From Bdellovibrionota bacterium (GTDB lineage Bacteria; Bdellovibrionota_C; UBA2361; OMII01), in the NCBI GenBank assembly GCA_044345405.1, contig JBIJBE010000001.1, positions 32,001 to 96,000 on the forward strand: DNA of 64,000 nt. The letters are read 5' to 3'. Made by a program: the position numbers and the translations under genes. Shown here one piece after another: positions 31,381 through 39,761 of this stretch; the first letter of the stretch is position 1, and each line of letters starts with the position of its first letter. Below the pieces are notes generated by a model. It had not been told where the DNA came from and made no database searches. It saw only the letters and a program-made list of their open reading frames with translations.

Positions 31381-31746
31381 TTAGGAATTCTCCAGCAGGT
31401 TTTGAATTCCTTTTACTAAGTCCTTGGTTTTGCAGGGTTTTGTTACTACCAGGTCGCATCCTGCCTCTCGGGCGTCCTGATGAACACTCGGATCATCGAG
31501 GGCGGTGAAGGCCACAATCGGTACCTGAATCCCCTTGCTTCGAATCTGTCGAATCGCCTCTTGACCACTCATATGGGGCATCATGAGGTCGATAAGAATG
31601 AGGTCTGGATTTGCTTCTTGAACGCCGGCGACGGCGGATTGTCCGTTGGTAGCGCGAACGACATCGTATCCAGCACCCTCAAGAACGAGGTCTACGATAT
31701 CGAGCGATGTTACGTCGTCATCTACCACTAGTATTTTGTTGCTCAC
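31381..31746 (-). CDS. Single-domain response regulator (receiver)
   Basis: ILVVDDD, IDLMMP, FTA, KP; GTG start. Confidence 0.9.
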   Translation of the reverse strand: MSNKILVVDDDVTSLDIVDLVLEGAGYDVVRATNGQSAVAGVQEANPDLILIDLMMPHMSGQEAIRQIRSKGIQVPIVAFTALDDPSVHQDAREAGCDLVVTKPCKTKDLVKGIQNLLENS

Positions 31747-31930
31747 GATTAATCCTTGGAAAATTAATCACTTAAAATTGAATTGTCAGCACTGCCGGGC
31801 AGTGGTCTCTCATAAGGTGGCAGGGGGTCGGGGAACTCTCTCGCTCTTTAGGAACGTCGAGCGGTCGATCTGCGAACCCTGTCATAGGTGTTGATGAGCA
31901 AAGTGGTTCCAGGGATCCAAGTATATCTTC

Positions 31931-31957
31931 CTATCGGGACTCTCCCCGGGTGTTTGA
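31931..31957 (-). promoter_or_regulatory. Candidate sigma28-type promoter for the response regulator
   Basis: TCAAA-N14-CCCGATAG on the minus strand. Confidence 0.45.
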
Positions 31958-32010
31958 AACGACGTTTTGCGTTAAGGGTGCGAAATCTTTGCTTTCTTTG
32001 ATGATTAGGC

Positions 32011-32085
32011 TCAATTCAGTGATGTTTCCGTCCGATGCTCCATTTAGAGCTAAATCCTTACAAAGAGTTGGGGAGTGTCCGATAC
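32011..32085 (+). promoter_or_regulatory. Two tandem candidate sigma28-type promoters for the FHA-SctJ operon
   Basis: TCAAT-N15-TCCGATGC (32011-32038) and TTACA-N15-TCCGATAC (32058-32085). Confidence 0.45.
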
Positions 32086-32118
32086 CCACCTGCGAGGGAT
32101 TCTTAGATAAGGGAAGCG

Positions 32119-33465
32119 ATGTTCGCGCTTGAGATAGGTTTCAAAGGTGAGAGTCCGGTATCGGAGACGATCTTCATTCGTCGTCCGACCGCGCTGATAA
32201 GCGCGAAGGATTCGGCGCACGTCGTGGTTGAGGACATGGCGTCGCTTGGTTATGGGATATTGATTACTCGTGATGTAGGTCGGCGATTCCGTCTCTCTCC
32301 CGTGTCAGATAACGCCGGCGCGTATACCCCACAGTTCCTGGAAGGTCTGTACGAAGGTGAGGCGGTGGTCGATCTCGGTCCGTTGGTGCTGCGATTGACC
32401 GCGCTCGATAACGATCTTTTGCCGAAGGAGGCGGAGTCCCCTGACCGCGCGGGTATACGTGTGCTGCGGCAGGCGTGTGCCGGAGATGGTCCGAAATTTC
32501 CGGCGGTTCTTCTTGTGTCAAATCCGCCGGCGACGATCTCGTTCGTCCCTGAGCAACCGTTGATGGTAGGACGTTCTCGGCAGTGCTCGTTGCGAGTGGA
32601 TACGCCGAGCATCTCATCTCGCCATGCGCGTATCGGTTTTGAGTCCGGTCAATTCTGGGTGGAGGACCTTGGGTCTACAAATGGTACCTTCGTCAACAAA
32701 CAGCAGATCTCGGGACGTGTAAACGTGCAACCGGGCGCGCCGATCTCGCTTGGTCGTGATGTGACCCTTGTCGGGATACTCTCGCCGGAGGAGGTGACTG
32801 GTGCTCTCCAAACGCCAGAGATACGCTTGGCCAAGCCGGTATTCCATGAGAAGCGGTATCCCTTGCTGGTGTCGCTCTCCGAAACCGCCCGCCCCGCTCA
32901 GTTAATGCTGACACCCGGTACCTCGGTCGTATTGGGTCGCGATCCCTCAAGCGATATGTGGCTCGGTGTGCCGCATGTGTCACGTAAGCATTGCCTCGTT
33001 GAGGTCACTATGTCGGGTGTTGTTCGTGTTACCGATACGAGCACGAACGGTACGAGTTACGATGCAGGCATTCTTCACAAGGACCAATCGTTCGAGTCCA
33101 CGGAGAAACCGCACTGCCTCGACTTCGGTGGGGGTGTTACGGTCGGCATATGCTTCTCGCAAGCGGATGAGGAACGTTTCGTCGCTTCAGGCGGGGCTCC
33201 CTCGACCTTTGTAGACGCGAGCAACGGGCTCGCTGTCGGTGAGAGCGGCGCGTCGTCTCGCTCGAACAGAAAGAAGAGTCGAACGACCTTTTTGCGCACA
33301 CCAGATGATTTGCGTCGCGCCGCCGCGGGCGCGAGCGCTAATCCGCTGCGAAGATTTTTGGGAAGGTTGTCAACCAAAGGGCGCCTAGCTCTCTTGGGAG
33401 TTGTGGGGGGCGTTCTCGTCGTCACCTCACTCATCGTTGGTTCTTTAGTATCAGGGATGAATTAG
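32119..33465 (+). CDS. Double-FHA-domain protein with C-terminal TM helix
   Basis: VGRS...SISSRHA...DLGSTNGTFVN and LGRD...VSRKH...STNGT; terminal hydrophobic helix. Confidence 0.85.
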   Translation: MFALEIGFKGESPVSETIFIRRPTALISAKDSAHVVVEDMASLGYGILITRDVGRRFRLSPVSDNAGAYTPQFLEGLYEGEAVVDLGPLVLRLTALDNDLLPKEAESPDRAGIRVLRQACAGDGPKFPAVLLVSNPPATISFVPEQPLMVGRSRQCSLRVDTPSISSRHARIGFESGQFWVEDLGSTNGTFVNKQQISGRVNVQPGAPISLGRDVTLVGILSPEEVTGALQTPEIRLAKPVFHEKRYPLLVSLSETARPAQLMLTPGTSVVLGRDPSSDMWLGVPHVSRKHCLVEVTMSGVVRVTDTSTNGTSYDAGILHKDQSFESTEKPHCLDFGGGVTVGICFSQADEERFVASGGAPSTFVDASNGLAVGESGASSRSNRKKSRTTFLRTPDDLRRAAAGASANPLRRFLGRLSTKGRLALLGVVGGVLVVTSLIVGSLVSGMN

Positions 33466-33519
33466 GAAGGAGCGGGTTGAGCGCGGTGGATGTGGAAGGA
33501 GATTTGAAAGGAGAGAGAT

Positions 33520-34917
33520 ATGGCAAGTGAATCAAGTGAACTTACCTTTGTGCGATGCCCCTCGTGTCGTAGCCTCGTGCCGGTGAGCGCGTCGCGGTGC
33601 CGTATCTGTAACAATCCCCTTGATGGTGGGGGAAAGCCCGCGGAGAGCGACCCATCGAAGCAGGGCGGGCGAGTTCGTCAGAAAACTATCTCCGCTACCG
33701 CGGAGGAACTGATGAGCATGGACGCGCAATCTTCAGAGAGCGTTCCATCTTCAGTCGCTCCAGCGGCGAACCAATCTCAGCCGAGCTTCGGTGATGATGG
33801 TGATCACGAGGAGGTTGATCCTTTGGCTGACTTCCTTCAGGAGTTCGAGGCTGAAGCTGAGGTGGCGAAGCCCGTGGTGTCGGCGCCTCCGCCCCCAACC
33901 GAGAATCCGGTCGCGGCGGCTAATGATGATGAGGATGATGACTTCGACTCCTTTTTGGACGAACTCGATTCCTATGACGCGTCGGTGGAAGCGCCAGCTC
34001 CTAAGCCTCAACACGTCCCCTTTACCGCGCCGGTCGCGGAGCCGCCTTTGAGCTCCGTCTCCGCCGAGGAAGACCCTCTCGAATTCGACCATGGCACCGA
34101 TCCCTTGGCGAATTTTATGACAACTGAGGATGAACTAGATCTCGATATAGCTCCTGAACCGGTGGTCGCTGTTGCTCCACCGGAACCTGAGCCCCAGTAT
34201 GTTCCGAAGCCACCACCGCCGCCGCCGGTTCGACAGGCTCCGCCACGTCAGCAGGTTGAAAAGCGTCCTTCACCTCCGCAGCAGCAACAGCCTCCGAAGC
34301 AACAGCCTCAGCAGCCGGCCGCGAAACAGGCCCGTCCCGTTCATGAGCAGAAGGGGAATCGCGAACAGAAACAGCACAGCTCCCACAATGAACGACGCGA
34401 TAACGCTCCTCGTGATCGTGGGGAGCAACCCCGTCATGAGCATCGGGCTGAGGATGCTCGAAAGGGTGGACACCACGGCGGTGGAAGGCCCCACGAGCGG
34501 TCGCCGGAGCGACCGCAGGAACGGGCGGCAGGTATCTCCGAGGCTCAATCGTCCGGTCCGAAAACTGGAAAGATGAGACCTGGACGCCTCTTCGGTTGGT
34601 TGGTGAGCTTTGAGAGTCCCGATGGTCGAGCGATCGAGCTTCGAGAAGGAAAGTTCTTCGTTACCGGCTCTAGTATAAGGGGAACTGATCTAGTGATCGA
34701 GGACGCGAGTATCTCAACGCCTCACGCCCTCATGTCGGTGAGCGCTGACAAAGGGCTTCTCATTCAGGATCTCATGAGTGAGCGGGGCGTATTCATTCGT
34801 CCAGGTGAACGGGGACAATACAAGCGGGAGGATGGGGTGATTGAGCTCAAACACGGCGATTGGGTTCGATTTGGGGATGTTGAATTTTTGGTAACGGTAG
34901 TGCCGTCAGGAAAATAA
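33520..34917 (+). CDS. Zinc-ribbon, long disordered linker and degenerate FHA-domain protein
   Basis: CPSC...CRIC; acidic, Pro/Gln and Arg/His-rich linker; ISTPHA...QDLMSERG...LKHGDWVRFG. Confidence 0.8.
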   Translation: MASESSELTFVRCPSCRSLVPVSASRCRICNNPLDGGGKPAESDPSKQGGRVRQKTISATAEELMSMDAQSSESVPSSVAPAANQSQPSFGDDGDHEEVDPLADFLQEFEAEAEVAKPVVSAPPPPTENPVAAANDDEDDDFDSFLDELDSYDASVEAPAPKPQHVPFTAPVAEPPLSSVSAEEDPLEFDHGTDPLANFMTTEDELDLDIAPEPVVAVAPPEPEPQYVPKPPPPPPVRQAPPRQQVEKRPSPPQQQQPPKQQPQQPAAKQARPVHEQKGNREQKQHSSHNERRDNAPRDRGEQPRHEHRAEDARKGGHHGGGRPHERSPERPQERAAGISEAQSSGPKTGKMRPGRLFGWLVSFESPDGRAIELREGKFFVTGSSIRGTDLVIEDASISTPHALMSVSADKGLLIQDLMSERGVFIRPGERGQYKREDGVIELKHGDWVRFGDVEFLVTVVPSGK

Positions 34918-34922
34918 ATCGC

Positions 34923-35744
34923 ATGAAAGCGCGCTACGCTATCACCTTAGGTTTGTGCATCGCCCTCTCGACGGGGTGCGGTTCGTCACCTGTGGCGGAT
35001 GACCTAGGTCAGCGCGAGGCGAACAAGCTTGTCGCGGTTCTCGGTGAGCACGGCATTCAGGCGCATGTTGAGAAGGGGCGAGGATCTAAGGCGCGGTACT
35101 CAGTACAAGTCGCCTCGGGTGACTTCGGCGGGGCCGTCGCGTTGCTGACGAAGCTCGGACTTCCGGCGGAGCGTGGTGCATCGTTTCAGGACCTGATGGC
35201 TCCGAGCGGGATCTTGCCACCTTCTCAGGACGTGGAAAATCTTCGAATGGATCGGGCGATCGCCTCGGAGGTCGAGGAGCTTCTCCTCGGGCACGGCGCT
35301 ATATCCTCGGTAAGCGTGATCGTGCGGTCTCACGCGATCCCCAACGGGACCGAGCCGTCGGTTTCGATCGTCGCCCAAGTTAAGAAGGGGTCGGTGTTTG
35401 ATCAGGATAAACTGCGTGAAGCGGTAACTCGCGCGGTTCCGGGGGTCAAACCCTCGACCATCTCTTTTTCTGTCAGCGAGCAAGCGTTTGGTGGTGGCGG
35501 GGTGAGTGAGGAGCCGCTCGTACCCTTTCTCTCGTATTGGAAGGTGCCGGTGAGTGAATACAACAGCCTCGCGTACCTACTGATTGGTTTAATGAGCGTA
35601 GTCGCGTTCTTTACCGGAGTGGCTGGATACATCTACGGGCAATACGACGCTACGAAGGTTGGTGAGTCGTCTTCGAGCTCGACATCCGCGGCTCAAGCGC
35701 GCGCTCGAACGGTTCGTACTCGCGAGGAGGATGAAGGGGTATGA
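34923..35744 (+). CDS. sctJ: SctJ/YscJ-family type III secretion inner-ring lipoprotein
   Basis: Lipobox LSTGC, LGQREANKLVAVLGEHGI, LGLP, PSVSI, VTRAVPGV, C-terminal TM. Confidence 0.8.
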   Translation: MKARYAITLGLCIALSTGCGSSPVADDLGQREANKLVAVLGEHGIQAHVEKGRGSKARYSVQVASGDFGGAVALLTKLGLPAERGASFQDLMAPSGILPPSQDVENLRMDRAIASEVEELLLGHGAISSVSVIVRSHAIPNGTEPSVSIVAQVKKGSVFDQDKLREAVTRAVPGVKPSTISFSVSEQAFGGGGVSEEPLVPFLSYWKVPVSEYNSLAYLLIGLMSVVAFFTGVAGYIYGQYDATKVGESSSSSTSAAQARARTVRTREEDEGV

Positions 35745-35962
35745 GTTTGGGAACTTGGAGATCCTTGAGTCCACGAGAGCGCGCGTTGGTCGCGGTCGCC
35801 GTGTTGGTTGATGGAAACGATTCGAGGATCTACCTCGAGTGCGACGCCGATAAGTCGGAGCAGCTCAAGAGAGCGGCTGATGAGTTATGTAGTCTCGAGG
35901 TGGACGCGCGTCTCGCGTTCGTTGGAACGGTTCTACGACTTGCTCTTGAGGAGGGTGAGTAA
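35741..35962 (+). CDS. Small protein, possibly FliG-N/SctK-like
   Basis: ATGA overlap with sctJ; LSPRERALVAVAVL recalls the FliG N-terminus; occupies the SctK position. Confidence 0.45.
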   Translation: MSLGTWRSLSPRERALVAVAVLVDGNDSRIYLECDADKSEQLKRAADELCSLEVDARLAFVGTVLRLALEEGE

Positions 35963-35963
35963 T

Positions 35964-36332
35964 GTGGCAACCACCAAAGAGGAGTTGGAACTGTATCGAG
36001 AGAAGGTTTTCGAGGAGCTCAAGGCGCGAACGGTGCGGCTCCAAGAGATCGACACCGCGATCGCCTCAAATCGTTACCTTCTTGAGCGCGCGGGCCCCTC
36101 AAGCGGGTTACGCTCGGGGAACACCCTGCGTATCCTCGCCGGAGCTTCGCACAAGGCTCGCCTCCTCCGAGAGCATGAGCGGTTGGAGCGACAACGACGG
36201 GAGGCCGCGGCGGACCTCAAGCGAGCGGAGGAGCGACTTGCCGATGTGGATCAGGAGCTCGAAGAGTTCGAGATGGAAACGGCCAGTGATGGTGTGAGCG
36301 ACGGGGACGAAGGAAGAACGGGAGAGGACTAA
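35964..36332 (+). CDS. Coiled-coil protein, SctO/FliJ-like
   Basis: GTG after GGAGG; two long charged helices; lies before the SctQ-like gene. Confidence 0.5.
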   Translation: MATTKEELELYREKVFEELKARTVRLQEIDTAIASNRYLLERAGPSSGLRSGNTLRILAGASHKARLLREHERLERQRREAAADLKRAEERLADVDQELEEFEMETASDGVSDGDEGRTGED

Positions 36333-37367
36333 GTGAGCGAACGGGATATGACAACGTCAGGAGAGGGGCACGATGTGCAGCTCTGGGAGCCGCACCGAGC
36401 GCTTCGTCGCGTGCAGCCGAGCGACGCTCAATTCTCCCGTGGATTTTTGAGATGTCGACCGGAGAAGTGGTTCCCCGGATTCGCCACGCATTGGCTGCCT
36501 GTTCTCCACGCCCTTGGGGTTGAGGCGAAGATCTCCGAGATTCGACCCGTGTTAGCGAAGCCCCCAGTGAGTGATGTCGCCTTTGTCGGTACCGTTGCTG
36601 GTGAGCAGATGGTTATCGCGATGGAGGGCGCGGACGCCGACACCTTATCTGATGAATTGGTTCCAGGCGCGGGTCCTCGGGCCGCTAGTATCGTGCTTGA
36701 GTATTTCATGCGGCGATTTGTTGGAAGTCTCGGTTTGTCCTGGAGTGGTCCGGAGGCAACGACGGTGACGTTCTCGCGGGATGTTGAGGTCTCAATGGTT
36801 CCCGTTGTGGGATCTATCCGGATATCGTGTACGGTTAACACCGTACCACTCACCCTTTGGATCGGCTTAGGCGCGCGGATGGTGGAGACGCTTGACGGAT
36901 TGTGGCGAAGGCAGGTTCAACTCCTCTCGAAGGTCGCGGCGGGCAGCTCCGTTGTTCGGTTGGAGATCGCGCAGCTCGGAGTCCCTCCACAGATGTTATC
37001 TGAGTATCTCAGTAAGGGGACTGTAATTGATCTCGAGGTAAAGGCGTCGGAATCCATCACGATAAAGGTCGGCGCTAAGCCGTGGATGCCCGCCCGTGTG
37101 CTTGATGTTGGCGGAAAACTAGGTTGCGAGATGACCCCTGGAGCGTTAACCGTTCCTCAGATAGCCGAGGGGGCCACGCAGCTCTCGGTGGAATTTGGAT
37201 CTTTTGAGCTGGACGCCGCTCAGTTGGCGGAGTTGAGTCAGGGGGGCTCTATCTTGACGACCGTTCTTCCAGTTTCGGGATTGGTGAATCTTGTTATTAA
37301 CCAGGAGAAGGTCGCTGAGGCTCGGTTATGTGTGTACGAGGGCCGATTCGCGATAGAGGTTCAGTAA
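36333..37367 (+). CDS. SctQ/FliM-FliN-like C-ring protein with two SPOA domains
   Basis: LSKGTVIDL and LSVEFG...LAELSQG...VNLVINQEKVAEARLCVYEGRFAIEV SPOA patterns. Confidence 0.72.
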   Translation: MSERDMTTSGEGHDVQLWEPHRALRRVQPSDAQFSRGFLRCRPEKWFPGFATHWLPVLHALGVEAKISEIRPVLAKPPVSDVAFVGTVAGEQMVIAMEGADADTLSDELVPGAGPRAASIVLEYFMRRFVGSLGLSWSGPEATTVTFSRDVEVSMVPVVGSIRISCTVNTVPLTLWIGLGARMVETLDGLWRRQVQLLSKVAAGSSVVRLEIAQLGVPPQMLSEYLSKGTVIDLEVKASESITIKVGAKPWMPARVLDVGGKLGCEMTPGALTVPQIAEGATQLSVEFGSFELDAAQLAELSQGGSILTTVLPVSGLVNLVINQEKVAEARLCVYEGRFAIEVQ

Positions 37368-37378
37368 GGTAGGGGACT

Positions 37379-37627
37379 ATGTCAGGAACGATAGGTGGTC
37401 CGCCGGATTCATTCTCGCTCTCGCCGTTACTCGCGCTGTTGCCAGACGGGGGAAGTCTTTATCGCCTGGAGACGCTGGTGTCATCCCTTTACGCTCGGCA
37501 GGAAACGGTAGAGGCGTTGCGTGAGGACGCTCCCGACAGAGACAGTGAACGCAGGTACGCGAGCGAGGCCGCGATGCTGCGCCAGATCCTTGAGTGGCTC
37601 TCAGAGAGACCTGGGGAGGGGGAGTAG
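37379..37627 (+). CDS. Hypothetical small helical protein
   Basis: RBS present; tightly packed in the operon. Confidence 0.6.
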   Translation: MSGTIGGPPDSFSLSPLLALLPDGGSLYRLETLVSSLYARQETVEALREDAPDRDSERRYASEAAMLRQILEWLSERPGEGE

Positions 37628-37628
37628 G

Positions 37629-38066
37629 ATGGACTCAACCCAGCGGCGACCGGTCGATACCCCGAGACGAAAATACTCAGAGGATGAGGTCAACGACATC
37701 TATCAGCTTGGCAAGCTGTGGCTTGAGACGGGGCAACACAAGCGAGCCGAGTCAATCATGAGTGGCCTTAATGAGGTCGCGCCCGATTTTGCGCCCGCCT
37801 GGTTGGGAACCGCTTTTCTCCGGTCCATCAGCGGCAACTACGATGGAGCGCTCATTGCGGTGAATACCGCCCTTCGCATTGAGCCTGAGAGCGCCGAGGC
37901 GATGGTCTACCTCGTGGCGATCTCTCTAACGGTTGGCGACGCCAGCACGGCTGGTACCTACCTGGGCGAGATTGGAGAAGCGATAGAGCAGGGAAAGGTA
38001 GCGAACCAGAACGTGATCCGATTCTACAAGATGCAACTCGCGCGGTATCAGGCGCGGGGGAGGTAG
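37629..38066 (+). CDS. TPR protein resembling SycD/LcrH class II T3SS chaperones
   Basis: IYQLG...GQHKRAESIMSGL...AWLG...GNYDGA...ALRIEP, three TPRs, about 145 aa. Confidence 0.65.
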   Translation: MDSTQRRPVDTPRRKYSEDEVNDIYQLGKLWLETGQHKRAESIMSGLNEVAPDFAPAWLGTAFLRSISGNYDGALIAVNTALRIEPESAEAMVYLVAISLTVGDASTAGTYLGEIGEAIEQGKVANQNVIRFYKMQLARYQARGR

Positions 38067-38122
38067 GGCGACGCGGCGACAGGCGACGGTCGCCGGAATG
38101 CCGCGAATTTGAATGCGTCCAC

Positions 38123-39484
38123 CTACGCTGGCTGCGCCACCACCTCTCTCACCGGAACATCGATCACGATTCCAGACTCCACCAGGTACTTGAGTAGGTG
38201 TTGATTGACGTTGTTGAGGCTCAAGGAAGCGGCTGTTACCATACCGCTCTGTGGATATGAGATCTGCTCGATGCTAAATTTAATCAGCTCGAGGTAGAAG
38301 GTGAAGAGGCTTGACTCTACCGGATAGGTGAGGAGCCTCACGTTCTGTTGAAAGAGACGAGCGGATGCTTCAAGCACACCACCCTCAAGGAGTTTGTATC
38401 GTTCATCCTCCAACAGAAGGGGCAAGAGGTTTGCGCTCACAATGAATCCGATTGGTGACTTCGAGAAACGACGCAGGTACTCCGTCAATCGGAAGAACTC
38501 TGAGTAGTTGCTCACCAGGATATTGTGTCCGAATTTGCACAACTGCTCGACAACGGTCAGAACCTCATCGTCGGTTGATTGCTGCGCTCGAAGGATGTTG
38601 TTGAGGGTTAGCTCAAGAACGTACACCGCTTCTTGGTCCCGCTCTCCCGACACGGCCCGTAGTTGATTCTTACAGGACCCAACGAGATCCGGAAACATGT
38701 GGTGGAGCGCGCGGAATGAGCCGCGCTCAAGGAGGATCGGTCGCTTGTGAAAGAACTCCGTCGGAGGGATCGGCTTTTGGTCGACGTCGAACAAGATCGC
38801 GCTCGCCAGCCCCTTGCGGAGAAGTGATACCGTTAGGAGTTTATGATCGACCTTTTCGAACGCGGGGCCGCTGAGCTCGACATAATCCACCTCAAGTCGT
38901 TTGTTCGAGATGCCGTCAAGGAGATGCTCGAGGAAGAGATTCATGTCGTGGTGGAGGTAAAACGCTCCGTAGGTAAGGTTGACCCCGATAAGCCCTAGCG
39001 CTTCCTGCTGTCTAACGTTATCCGGGTCCATCATGTGAACATGCAGGAGGATCTGATTGGGCTGAGACTTCGGTGTCGCTTGAAAGCGAATGCCGAGCCA
39101 TCCGTGACACTCATTTGTGCCGGCGAAGTTACGCGCCGATACGGTGTCCGCAACCGTGAAGAATCCTGTGGTCGCGCCTCGAGAAGCATCGAGTCGCTCA
39201 ATGAGCAAGCTGTACTCATGATTGAGCATCGAGATGAGTCGCTCTTTGGAGACGTATCTGCCGGTTCTTCCGTAGATGCTGTCGCTCACCGTCATGTCGT
39301 AGGCCGACATCGACTTCGCGACCGTTCCTGAGGCTCCGCCGACGTGGAAAAAGAGGCTGGCGATCTCTTGTCCCGCGCCGATCTCAGCGAAGGTGCCGTA
39401 GCGTGAGGCGTCAAGGTTGATGTGCAGAGCCTTTTGGTGAGGATCTTTAAGGGGCTGGAATTCGAGGGGGACGGCGGTATTCAT
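38123..39484 (-). CDS. Conserved uncharacterised nucleotidyltransferase-like protein
   Basis: KALHINLD..RYGTFAEIGAGQE..GGASGTVAKSMSAYDM..SD.IYG family motif; ERGSFR segment. Confidence 0.7.
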   Translation of the reverse strand: MNTAVPLEFQPLKDPHQKALHINLDASRYGTFAEIGAGQEIASLFFHVGGASGTVAKSMSAYDMTVSDSIYGRTGRYVSKERLISMLNHEYSLLIERLDASRGATTGFFTVADTVSARNFAGTNECHGWLGIRFQATPKSQPNQILLHVHMMDPDNVRQQEALGLIGVNLTYGAFYLHHDMNLFLEHLLDGISNKRLEVDYVELSGPAFEKVDHKLLTVSLLRKGLASAILFDVDQKPIPPTEFFHKRPILLERGSFRALHHMFPDLVGSCKNQLRAVSGERDQEAVYVLELTLNNILRAQQSTDDEVLTVVEQLCKFGHNILVSNYSEFFRLTEYLRRFSKSPIGFIVSANLLPLLLEDERYKLLEGGVLEASARLFQQNVRLLTYPVESSLFTFYLELIKFSIEQISYPQSGMVTAASLSLNNVNQHLLKYLVESGIVIDVPVREVVAQPA

Positions 39485-39761
39485 GTTCCGGAAGGTTACT
39501 CCATACTCACGGTACGCAAAAGCGGCAATTTGGACGAGAATCCGTGTAAGCCACTCGTATTCCACATGATATGACGGCGGTTTTTATACGCTCTCGAGCG
39601 TGCTCGCGTTACTTTCAACCGTCCGAGCCGGGCTGAGAGGGTGTGTATGGTGAGTTTGCGCGAGTTCTTTTTAGGGAGGTTGAGATTTCTTAAGAACCGA
39701 GTTCATGGGACGACGGTAAAAGTGCTTCCTCCTTGAAAGGAAGTGCGCTACGAAACGAGCC

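Noticed and set aside
34923-37367. Flagellar fliF-fliG-fliM cluster
   Set aside because: The ring protein is a short lipoprotein of SctJ type, not a two-TM FliF of about 550 aa; no flg/flh genes in the window
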